Source: Aliivibrio fischeri ES114 (GTDB lineage Bacteria; Pseudomonadota; Gammaproteobacteria; Enterobacterales; Vibrionaceae). From it: a stretch of DNA of 32,000 nt. A model generated the notes under the pieces. The model had not been told where the DNA came from, made no database searches, and saw nothing but the letters and a program-made list of their open reading frames with translations. The stretch lies in the NCBI RefSeq assembly GCF_000011805.1, contig NC_006840.2. One strand, written 5' to 3'. A program made the position numbers and the translations under genes. Within the stretch, counting starts at the first letter, position 1. Every line of letters begins with the position of its first letter. Of this stretch, positions 17,691 through 25,433 are shown one piece after another.

Positions 17691-17711
17691 ACATAAAATG
17701 GCGAATCTAGC

Positions 17712-18185
17712 CTAACTTCTTGTTCCTAATTTCACTTTACCTTTAGAGTTAAACCATAAGACTTGTGATTTCTTCTTACCAATTAATAATGGTAAATCAT
17801 CATAAAATAAGAAGTTCTTCCATGTTTTCTTAAACGTTCCCCATGAAGTTTCAATTAAGTTATATTTCTCATAACAAAAATAAACGGTTACTTCATCAGA
17901 CCAATCGATAAATTCCAACACTTCTTCAGGTAATGATTCATTATCGCTGTCCCAACGATGTTGCCAATCAATTTCATTTGTCCACGAACTTTTCTTCATT
18001 GGCCACTCTTTCGAGCCAAAATGATCCGCGGTTGGGCTATTGCTGCTGATAAAGTCATTCCAAACTTGAGCTGATTTTGCTTGAGTGAATGGTTTTATTA
18101 ATGGTAGCAAGGCATCATCAACCGGCATTGATTGATGAGTAAAAATCCACTTGCGATTGTATTCATCTAAAGGTAAATAGCTCAT
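17712..18185 (-). CDS. DUF2947 family protein (Trp-rich, function unknown)
   Basis: 157 aa. The N-terminus YLPLDEYNRKWIFTH and overall Trp-rich composition match my recollection of DUF2947 in Vibrionaceae. Confidence 0.7.
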   Translation of the reverse strand: MSYLPLDEYNRKWIFTHQSMPVDDALLPLIKPFTQAKSAQVWNDFISSNSPTADHFGSKEWPMKKSSWTNEIDWQHRWDSDNESLPEEVLEFIDWSDEVTVYFCYEKYNLIETSWGTFKKTWKNFLFYDDLPLLIGKKKSQVLWFNSKGKVKLGTRS

Positions 18186-18343
18186 AAACTCTTTCTATAG
18201 TAAGGCATGTAGCTCTATTCTATCGTCTTTTTTTATTAAGCCCAAATAAGAATATCTAACAATAGCTTGATTTTTATCATCCTCCCCCTCATAACAGTAG
18301 TATTGAATAGTCAAAATTATTCAAAACCATAAATATAACGAAA

Positions 18344-18414
18344 GATTACACATGCCTTCTTGCTTCCATTTATGTGTAATCGCCATTACAAGGATTATTA
18401 AATGATTACGCATG
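18344..18414 (+). promoter_or_regulatory. Three copies of GATTACRCAT (direct, inverted, direct) spanning the leader and start codon of the CARF-nuclease gene
   Basis: A = GATTACACAT (18344-18353). B = ATGTGTAATC (18372-18381), the perfect complement of A. C = GATTACGCAT (18404-18413), overlapping the ATG at 18402-18404. The AAGGA SD lies between B and C. Confidence 0.4.
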
Positions 18415-19553
18415 TTGGCATTTTAGATCAAGACCCCGTACGTCTTATCACCCCCCTTTTAGACTTATCTGTTAAAGGGGAACACATGGTATTTATCGGC
18501 GATGAAACTCAAAAAGAGATGTTTCATCGACTCGAGTCAATTCTAAAATATAAAGGGATCAGTTCTGATTTTTTTGAAATCCCAAATATTGTTGATACCC
18601 ATGCAATCAAACAATCATTACAAGCACTTGCTGCTGAAATGAAACTTCACTTTAGTGATATCAAATTAAATGCGAGTTGTGGTCTTCGTCACCGTCTTCT
18701 TTCTGCCTATGAAGTGTTCCGTTCATATCATTGGCCAATCTTTGTTGTAGAGCCATACAGTGATAAATTATGCTGGTTATACCCAGATGGTCGCAAACAA
18801 AAACACGTTGCTGATAATATTCGCTTGAGTGATTATCTTGCTATTTTTGGGGCTCGTTGTGAGTTTTCAGAAACTGAATTACCAGAAAGTATCGATAAGC
18901 GCTTAAGAGAACTATGCCAACGCTGGGCAAGCAACGCATTAGAGTTAGGCCCGGGCTTAGCAACATTAAACTACTTAGCAACCACCTGTCGTAAAGAACA
19001 ACGTTTAGATGTTGAAGTAACAGAGAAACAACAGAGCTATAAAGAACTTAATATGCTACTAACTGACCTTGTAGAAACAGGGTTAGCTACCTATGAAAAC
19101 GGCATATTAACATTCGATTGTGAAGAAGCTCGTCGTTTAGCTAATGGGGAATGGCTTGAAATATTGGTTCACAATACCGTTGTCGATATTCAACAATATT
19201 TACCAACACTGCAAGACCACTCTTTAAATGTACAAGTGCATCGTGAGATTGGTGAAAAAGACGTTCGTAATGAACTTGATGTGGTTAGTATTGTAAATAA
19301 CAAACTGCATATCATTGAATGTAAAACAAAAGGTATGCGTGATGATGGTGATGATACACTTTACAAATTAGAATCATTACGTGACTTACTTGGTGGGCTT
19401 CAAGCTCGTGCAATGTTAGTCAGTTTCCGTCCTTTACGTAATAACGACATTATGCGCGCACAGGATTTAGGCTTAGCTATTATCGGCCCTGATGAATTAG
19501 GCGATCTTAAAAAACACCTTCTTAACTGGTTCTTAGCGGCCGGTGGTCATTAA
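18402..19553 (+). CDS. Stand-alone CARF, winged-helix and PD-(D/E)xK nuclease protein (DUF1887 / VC1899-like, Card1/Can2 architecture)
   Basis: 383 aa. N-terminal Rossmann-like domain with N90-A-S-C-G-L-R96 fitting the CARF signature [DN]x[ST]xxx[RK]. Mid-region LNMLLTDLVETGLATYENGILTF is wHTH-like. C-terminal GEWLE...ELD293VVSIVNNKLHIIE306CK308TKG gives the D...ExK nuclease motif. Confidence 0.8.
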   Translation: MITHVGILDQDPVRLITPLLDLSVKGEHMVFIGDETQKEMFHRLESILKYKGISSDFFEIPNIVDTHAIKQSLQALAAEMKLHFSDIKLNASCGLRHRLLSAYEVFRSYHWPIFVVEPYSDKLCWLYPDGRKQKHVADNIRLSDYLAIFGARCEFSETELPESIDKRLRELCQRWASNALELGPGLATLNYLATTCRKEQRLDVEVTEKQQSYKELNMLLTDLVETGLATYENGILTFDCEEARRLANGEWLEILVHNTVVDIQQYLPTLQDHSLNVQVHREIGEKDVRNELDVVSIVNNKLHIIECKTKGMRDDGDDTLYKLESLRDLLGGLQARAMLVSFRPLRNNDIMRAQDLGLAIIGPDELGDLKKHLLNWFLAAGGH

Positions 19554-19627
19554 TATTTTCAATTAAGATCCTCTCTGATACTAAAAAGATCCTGCTGTGG
19601 GCCTTTTTTAATGCTTTTCAATTCATA

Positions 19628-19661
19628 TAAAAATGCCGCTGATTCACTATGAACCAGCGGC
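19628..19661 (-). terminator. Rho-independent terminator of udp
   Basis: On the minus strand GCCGCTG, 13-nt loop, CAGCGGC, followed by ATTTTTAT. Confidence 0.7.
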
Positions 19662-19688
19662 ACTCTATATTTCTTTGTGCTCTTCCTA

Positions 19689-20447
19689 TTATAGAAGATT
19701 TCGAGCAGCTTCAATTACCACTTTAATTGAACGCGCTTCTGTTTCTTTTAGCGTTGCGTGATCTGGGATTTCTTTTTGAGTACGGTTAATAATTACACCC
19801 GCAACACAACCTGCACGTAAACCAGAGCTTGCACACATAGTTAATAACGTCGCTGATTCCATTTCAAAGTTCAGTACGCCCATGTCTTGCCATTCTTGCA
19901 TAGAGCCTTGGAAACGCTTAACAACACGACCAGAGAACGTGTCGTAACGCTCTTGACCCGGGTAGAAGGTATCACTTGATGCTGTTACACCTGTGTGTAC
20001 ATTTGCACCTTGGTCAACTACCGCTTTACGCATTGCTGTTGCAACGTCAAAGTCAGCAACTGCTGGGAATTCCATTGGAGCAAAATGAAGACTCGCACCA
20101 TCTAAACGAACTGAACCTGTAGTAACAATCATATCACCTACATTCACATGAGGTTGAATTGCACCAGTTGTACCTACACGTAGGAAAGTACGAACACCTA
20201 ATTGAGCAAGTTCTTCAACCGCAATAGATGTTGATGGACCACCAATACCTGTAGAACATACCACAATCTTCTTGCCATCTAGCTCAGCTAAGTACACTGT
20301 GTATTCACGGTGGCTTGCTAAAAACTTAGGGTTTTCCATTTGTTCTGCGATTTTCTGAACGCGTGCTGGATCACCAGGGATGATCGCCATTTCTGCACCT
20401 TGAAGATCTTCTTTTGTTACGCCTAAATGGAATACTGCTGCTGTCAT
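19689..20447 (-). CDS. udp: Uridine phosphorylase
   Basis: 252 aa, collinear with E. coli Udp as recalled: [57 protein letters not shown] 6 nt upstream. Confidence 0.95.
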   Translation of the reverse strand: MTAAVFHLGVTKEDLQGAEMAIIPGDPARVQKIAEQMENPKFLASHREYTVYLAELDGKKIVVCSTGIGGPSTSIAVEELAQLGVRTFLRVGTTGAIQPHVNVGDMIVTTGSVRLDGASLHFAPMEFPAVADFDVATAMRKAVVDQGANVHTGVTASSDTFYPGQERYDTFSGRVVKRFQGSMQEWQDMGVLNFEMESATLLTMCASSGLRAGCVAGVIINRTQKEIPDHATLKETEARSIKVVIEAARNLL

Positions 20448-20512
20448 GGTTAGCTCCTTGCGGTTTGTAGGGCCGCGTTAATTAAATTAGTTATATTTGA
20501 TTTGATGTAGCT

Positions 20513-20607
20513 ACTCTACCCAATTAAATGACAGCTTTATGTGACAAATGCCTCAAATGGTATGCTTTCATATTACATTCTTGCAAAGAAAATCGATTGG
20601 CATCACA
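20513..20607 (-). promoter_or_regulatory. CRP/CytR-type udp promoter: two CRP-like sites 52 bp apart, a TTGCAA core between them, TAGAGT -10
   Basis: Site 1 (plus strand) TGTGA-CAAATG-CCTCA at 20540-20555. Site 2 ATCGA-TTGGCA-TCACA at 20592-20607. TTGCAA at 20581-20586. The minus-strand TAGAGT (20518-20513) puts site 1 near -41.5 and site 2 near -93.5. Confidence 0.5.
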
Positions 20608-20640
20608 TAAAAATAGAAAAGCGCTCATAATACGAGCGCT
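20608..20640 (-). terminator. Rho-independent terminator of zntA
   Basis: On the minus strand AGCGCTC, 7-nt loop, GAGCGCT, followed by TTTTCTATTTTT. Confidence 0.8.
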
Positions 20641-20677
20641 TTAATTTGAGTTACTTCACTAATTTATTTCGTTCTTA

Positions 20678-22993
20678 TCACTCTTTTTCTTTAAAACGTA
20701 ATAAGCGAAGTGCATTTAAAGTCACGAGAGCCGTTGCACCACTATCAGCTAACACAGCAACCCATAAACCTGTGATACCAAATAAGCTAGTCACTAAGAA
20801 GACGGCTTTTAAACCAAGCGCTAATGTAATGTTCTGGTGAATATTACTTAGTGTTGCTTTTGATAGTGCCACCATTGGTGCAAGCTCTTCTAAACGGTTA
20901 TGCGTTAACGCAGCGTCTGCAGTTTCCAGTGCCACATCGGTTCCGCCTCCCATCGCAATACCAATTGAAGCCGTTTTCATAGCTGGTGCATCATTAATAC
21001 CATCACCTACCATCGCAGTTTTCGCATTAGCGGTTAATTGCTCAACATATTTCACTTTATCAGAAGGTAATAAACCCGCTTTGTAGTCAATATTTAACTC
21101 TGCTGCTATGGCTTTTGCTGCTCTCTCATTATCACCAGTAAGCATGATTGGTTTAATTCCTAATTTAACCAACTTCTCTACAGCCATTTTAGCATCAGGA
21201 CGAAGTTCATCACGCCATGCTAATAATCCAGAGATCTGCTCATTAATCAGCACCAAAACAACCGTTTTACCTTGCTGCTCTAAGAAAGCGATTTGGCTTT
21301 CAATCTCAGGAATTACTTCGCCATCAAATTGTTGAGGTGCATATAATTCAATATGTTGCTCGTTAACCGTTCCTTTAATACCTTTACCAACAACCGTCTC
21401 ACGATTATCTGCCTCAATAACAGTTAGTCCCTGCTCTTGTGCTTTAACTACAACGGCTCTTGCTAATGGATGCGATGAGCCCATCTCTACCGCTGCTGAT
21501 TGAAGTAAAATACTCTCTTCCGTTTCGGTTTCAGTTAATACTCGAATATCGGTTAAAACAGGTTTTCCTTGCGTCAATGTACCTGTTTTATCAAAAGCGA
21601 TATTTTGAATATGGCCTAACTCTTCTAAAGCAGCGCCACCTTTAATTAATGCACCACGCTTTGCAGCCGTTGCTAAGCCAGAAGTAATCGCTGCTGGTGT
21701 AGAAATTACTAATGCACATGGACAAGCAATCAATAACATAGCTAAACCACGGTAAATCCATGTATCCCATGACTGACCAAACATTAATGGTGGAATAATG
21801 ATAACCAATAACGACAGCACCATCATTGCCGGAGTATACCAACGGCTAAATTTATCAAGGAAACGCTCTAATGGTGCTTTACGTGATTCTGCTTCTTCTA
21901 TTAGGTGAAGAATACGATCAATGGCATTTTCACCTTGAGCTGAAGTGATCTGGATTTCAATAACACGATCATTAACAATAGAACCTGCCATCAATGGATC
22001 GTTTGCCTTTTTATCAACAGGTACAGATTCCCCTGTTAAAGCACTTTCATCAAACGATGCAAACTCAGAAAGTAAAATTGCATCCGCCGCTAATCGGTCA
22101 CCAGGGCTCACCTGCACACGATCACCTACATTCAATTCAGAGGCTGCAACTTCTTCTTTGGTTCCATCACTATTAATTCGTAGAGCGGTATCTGGCACTA
22201 AATCCATTAATGCTTTAACACCACTTCTCGCTTTTGCTGATGCATAGCCTTCTAACTGTTCACCTAACATAAACAATAAGATAACCATTGCCGCTTCAAC
22301 GGTTTCACCTAGATACACTGCACCAATAGCAGCAACCGTCATTAGCGTTTCAATTGAGAATGGTGAACCATTTTTTGCCAAACGAATGGCTTTACGGCCA
22401 ATCGGAATCAAACCAAACAGCCCTGCAACGGTAAATGCAATAGTACCAAGTTCTTTGTTTACTATATTAATGCCTGTAGCAATCACTAAAAAAGCAACCA
22501 ATAGCAATAATAATGCGTTCTTTTTCCAAAATGGCTGAGCTGCATTTTCTGATGTCTTTTTAGTATTAATATCGGTCAGCGGAAAACCCGTTGTTCTAGC
22601 AACGCTTTCAACAACATCAAATACTAATTCATCATTTGTTCGTACAGTAAGTTTTTCTGTTGCAAAAACGACGTTAGCATCAACAACATCTGGAATGGCA
22701 AGAATTGCTTTTTTTAGTTTTGCCGCACAACTTGGGCAATCCATATCAGAAATAAGCCAACTACGAGATAACGTACCTTTCTCGGATGCTTGAGGAATGA
22801 CAACTAAGGGGTCTGATTCTCCAGGATCTGAACCACAACATGAATCAGAACTCGTTGGTTTATCAACACTACTACAACAATCCGCAACGGCACTTTCCGC
22901 TTTGATAGTTGATATTTTTGGCTTCGCACAGCATGAGCTTGATGGATTGTGCTTATGATCATGACAGTGCGTCGATTTATGAGTAGTACACAT
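20678..22993 (-). CDS. zntA: Zn/Cd/Pb-translocating P1B-type ATPase
   Basis: 771 aa. Cys/His-rich N-terminus, HMA domain (DMDCPSCAAKLKKA), CPC (ACPCALVISTP), DKTGTLT, GDGINDAP. Confidence 0.93.
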   Translation of the reverse strand: MCTTHKSTHCHDHKHNPSSSCCAKPKISTIKAESAVADCCSSVDKPTSSDSCCGSDPGESDPLVVIPQASEKGTLSRSWLISDMDCPSCAAKLKKAILAIPDVVDANVVFATEKLTVRTNDELVFDVVESVARTTGFPLTDINTKKTSENAAQPFWKKNALLLLLVAFLVIATGINIVNKELGTIAFTVAGLFGLIPIGRKAIRLAKNGSPFSIETLMTVAAIGAVYLGETVEAAMVILLFMLGEQLEGYASAKARSGVKALMDLVPDTALRINSDGTKEEVAASELNVGDRVQVSPGDRLAADAILLSEFASFDESALTGESVPVDKKANDPLMAGSIVNDRVIEIQITSAQGENAIDRILHLIEEAESRKAPLERFLDKFSRWYTPAMMVLSLLVIIIPPLMFGQSWDTWIYRGLAMLLIACPCALVISTPAAITSGLATAAKRGALIKGGAALEELGHIQNIAFDKTGTLTQGKPVLTDIRVLTETETEESILLQSAAVEMGSSHPLARAVVVKAQEQGLTVIEADNRETVVGKGIKGTVNEQHIELYAPQQFDGEVIPEIESQIAFLEQQGKTVVLVLINEQISGLLAWRDELRPDAKMAVEKLVKLGIKPIMLTGDNERAAKAIAAELNIDYKAGLLPSDKVKYVEQLTANAKTAMVGDGINDAPAMKTASIGIAMGGGTDVALETADAALTHNRLEELAPMVALSKATLSNIHQNITLALGLKAVFLVTSLFGITGLWVAVLADSGATALVTLNALRLLRFKEKE

Positions 22994-23041
22994 GAGATAT
23001 TCCTTTGTTAGATGTTAGGTTTGAATTCACTCTCACCATTA

Positions 23042-23073
23042 ACTATAAACCTTAGAGTTAACTCCAAGGTCAA
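23042..23073 (-). promoter_or_regulatory. MerR/ZntR-type zntA promoter with 20-bp spacer and dyad operator
   Basis: Minus strand reads TTGACC-TTGGAGTTAACTCTAAGGTT-TATAGT. The 20-nt spacer contains the dyad CTTGGAGTTAACTCTAAG. Very close to the E. coli zntA promoter layout (TTGACT-CTGGAGTCGACTCCAGAG...). Confidence 0.75.
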
Positions 23074-23088
23074 GAATATTTTTTATTT

Positions 23089-23120
23089 GAAACAAAAAAA
23101 GACACCGAAGTGTCTTTTTA
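23089..23120 (-). terminator. Rho-independent terminator of the CBS-domain gene
   Basis: AAGACAC / GTGTCTT stem with a 4-nt loop (23099-23116). The minus strand is followed by TTTTTTTGTTTC. Confidence 0.8.
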
Positions 23121-23139
23121 TAAGAAGAGATGATGAAAA

Positions 23140-23556
23140 TTAAACCGGGTGTTTAAAACAGTGACCTATTGATTCACTAATAGCCTGAAGAACATTACGT
23201 CGAGTAATGATCCCAACCAGCTTACCATCTTCAACCACTGGGTAAATTTTAGGTTTATTGTCTGTCATTGTCTGTGCCAAATCAACAATCGCATCATCAG
23301 GTGTAACAGTTAACACTTCTGTCTTCATCACATCTGCTACAACGTGCGTATCTTGACAATGATAACTCACCCCTAGCAAAGACTTAATTAAATCTTGCTC
23401 AGAAATAAACCCAATAACTTCACGTTGCTCATTAACAACTGGACCACCAATATGTTGTGAAGTAATAAATTGATCTAACGCCGCTGCTAATGACATATCC
23501 GCTGTCAAATATAGAGGTCGTACACTCATGTATTGTTTTACTTTTTTATTTTCCAT
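23140..23556 (-). CDS. Stand-alone CBS-pair domain protein
   Basis: 138 aa with two CBS repeats (YMSVRPLYLTADMSL...VVNEQREVIGFISEQDL; VMKTEVLTVTPDDAI...VVEDGKLVGIITRRNVL). Confidence 0.88.
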   Translation of the reverse strand: MENKKVKQYMSVRPLYLTADMSLAAALDQFITSQHIGGPVVNEQREVIGFISEQDLIKSLLGVSYHCQDTHVVADVMKTEVLTVTPDDAIVDLAQTMTDNKPKIYPVVEDGKLVGIITRRNVLQAISESIGHCFKHPV

Positions 23557-23684
23557 TATAGCCCCCTAACGTGCTATCGCTTACTTCGATAACTTAAGTG
23601 TGGACTATTTTTGAAAAATTGCTAAATCGCTCTTTCCTATCTCTGTGATGGATAAAACCTATTGAGCATAAAAGAAGTAAAAAA

Positions 23685-25277
23685 TTATGCACTACCTAAC
23701 AAAACGTCGATCAATATTTTCTTATTTTGTTCAACAGAAGACATTACGTTTTCATACCCAGCAGTGTTATTTGTGCGCTCCATTCTATGAATAATAGCTA
23801 GACACTGTTTAATATTCTCTGGGTTTTTCATTAAATTCTTACCTTTCAGCGTTAAAGTAAGAAGCATATAGTTTAAATCTGATGAATACGGATACGTCTG
23901 TCCTATCTTGATCAACTGAAGTCTGTTTTCATCTGCAGATTTTTGAGCTCTAAGCCATTGGTACACTTTATTTAGTTTTTGAAAATGCACCATCGACTGT
24001 TGTAGTAACTGTGGCGAATTCTTTTTGAGGTTCGCTTGATCAAACACTTTATATAAAGCAACACACAACTTCACTTCGCCAGCCATAGCTAAAACACCAA
24101 ATGTAGCAACACGAAATTCATCTGAAGCCACTTTACGCTCAGATAAGAATCGATGATAACAAGTTGCTGCAATTGCTTTTGCTTTATAACGCTTACCTTG
24201 TTTAAACAATTGTCGCGCTATAAAGATATTAATATAACCTTGCAATTCATCACGCTTATCCATTGATACACGTTTTTTCAACGTTATAACTAATTGACCA
24301 AAAAAGCGTCGATATTTTTCTTTATTAAACTGATGATTCGATTTATATACCGTATCAGCAATATCCAAAATCATTTTGTTTAATGTTACTGGTGTAATAC
24401 CAATATGATAAAAACGTTTCATTATCATATTATGAATAAGAGAATGCTCATTATTCTCAATAATAAATGTTAAATACGAATAAAAAGCACTATCACTTTT
24501 TGGATTATTCTCAAACGCTTTTGATAACGACGCTTGCTGCTTACTTTTTTGTTTTGCTTCTTCATATATTTCCGCCAACATTAAATTAGCTTTAAATAAA
24601 TACTTCTTAGAACGCAATAACAACTCAAGAACAGGTATTGCTTTTGGCTTTTCAACCATTTGGCAATACGCCATTAAGTTTTGTGGCATGATTTCGCTTT
24701 TATCATGACGTTGATAAACCTTTTTGAACGTCATAAAGTCTTTTGCTTTATACAGTTCTTCCAACGTCATGTTTAACAGCATTCTATTTTTATATGTGCC
24801 AGTAAACGTTTGTGCTCGCTTGATAAAAGCAGCTTGTGACCCTTTTACTTCCGCAATGAGTTTTTCGATCAATAATGTTAAGTTAAATGACTTTTTAATT
24901 AATTCATCAATATATCCATAATTGATAGGACTATTAACAATAAAATCAGGAAATAACTCCCTAGCATTTAAATCATCAACTTGAGAATCTTCATTTTCAA
25001 TATCAACAATAAAAATAGGTCGCTTACCAAACTTAGCATTCGCTCGTGCGTTATCTACAATTTCAGCAATTACTTCATGCGAAGAGTAATGATATTCAAT
25101 AAAATAATAATCATAGACAGGTAGATCTGATGCTTTCATGCCAAGATTAAAATTATCCGCGCTTTTAAAACCCGCTTTTTGAAAAAATTGACGAATTTGA
25201 GTACTGCGTTCACGTTTTTCAGTAAACACTAAAACATTCATTTGCGGAATACGTCTAATTAATTCGGCACTGCTCAT
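23685..25277 (-). CDS. Hypothetical 530-aa protein: degenerate receiver-like N-terminal domain plus long helical-repeat (TPR-like) region
   Basis: Long uninterrupted ORF. Residues ~13-125 follow a beta-alpha alternation like CheY (NVLVFTEK / YDYYFIEYH / PIFIVDIE / DFIVNSPI) but lack the DD-D-T-K set. The rest is helix-rich with K/L/Y repeats. No family recognised. Confidence 0.65.
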   Translation of the reverse strand: MSSAELIRRIPQMNVLVFTEKRERSTQIRQFFQKAGFKSADNFNLGMKASDLPVYDYYFIEYHYSSHEVIAEIVDNARANAKFGKRPIFIVDIENEDSQVDDLNARELFPDFIVNSPINYGYIDELIKKSFNLTLLIEKLIAEVKGSQAAFIKRAQTFTGTYKNRMLLNMTLEELYKAKDFMTFKKVYQRHDKSEIMPQNLMAYCQMVEKPKAIPVLELLLRSKKYLFKANLMLAEIYEEAKQKSKQQASLSKAFENNPKSDSAFYSYLTFIIENNEHSLIHNMIMKRFYHIGITPVTLNKMILDIADTVYKSNHQFNKEKYRRFFGQLVITLKKRVSMDKRDELQGYINIFIARQLFKQGKRYKAKAIAATCYHRFLSERKVASDEFRVATFGVLAMAGEVKLCVALYKVFDQANLKKNSPQLLQQSMVHFQKLNKVYQWLRAQKSADENRLQLIKIGQTYPYSSDLNYMLLTLTLKGKNLMKNPENIKQCLAIIHRMERTNNTAGYENVMSSVEQNKKILIDVLLGSA

Positions 25278-25396
25278 TTATATTACAACTCTAATGAAAA
25301 CAACAAACACAATATACCAACCTGTAAAAATCAAATTACAATAGTTTTAACAAACACAACACAGTCCGTTTGCATTTAACTCGTTACAGGAATTTC

Positions 25397-25421
25397 GCGC
25401 TACTTTACCACAAAGTAGCGC
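25397..25421. other. Perfect 10-bp stem / 5-nt loop hairpin just downstream of ydiJ, no U-tract on either strand
   Basis: GCGCTACTTT (25397-25406), ACCAC, AAAGTAGCGC (25412-25421). Confidence 0.5.
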
Positions 25422-25433
25422 AAAGTTAGATCA

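Noticed and set aside
9964-19553. Linking the GGDEF cyclase functionally to the orphan CARF nuclease as its signal generator
   Set aside because: They are 7 kb apart and separated by unrelated operons. The GGDEF domain looks like an ordinary c-di-GMP synthase, and nothing in the sequence supports coupling.
19575-19600. Candidate terminator after the CARF-nuclease gene (AAAAAG...CTTTTTT)
   Set aside because: Only A/T arm pairing plus a 2-bp CC/GG core, so there is no convincing GC stem. Termination of this gene is unresolved.
20646-20840. 64-aa plus-strand ORF overlapping the zntA 3' end and terminator; also 21108-21335, 21460-21645, 21642-21842, 21945-22247 and 21994-22176
   Set aside because: All are inside or antisense to zntA, whose P-type ATPase motifs fix the true frame.
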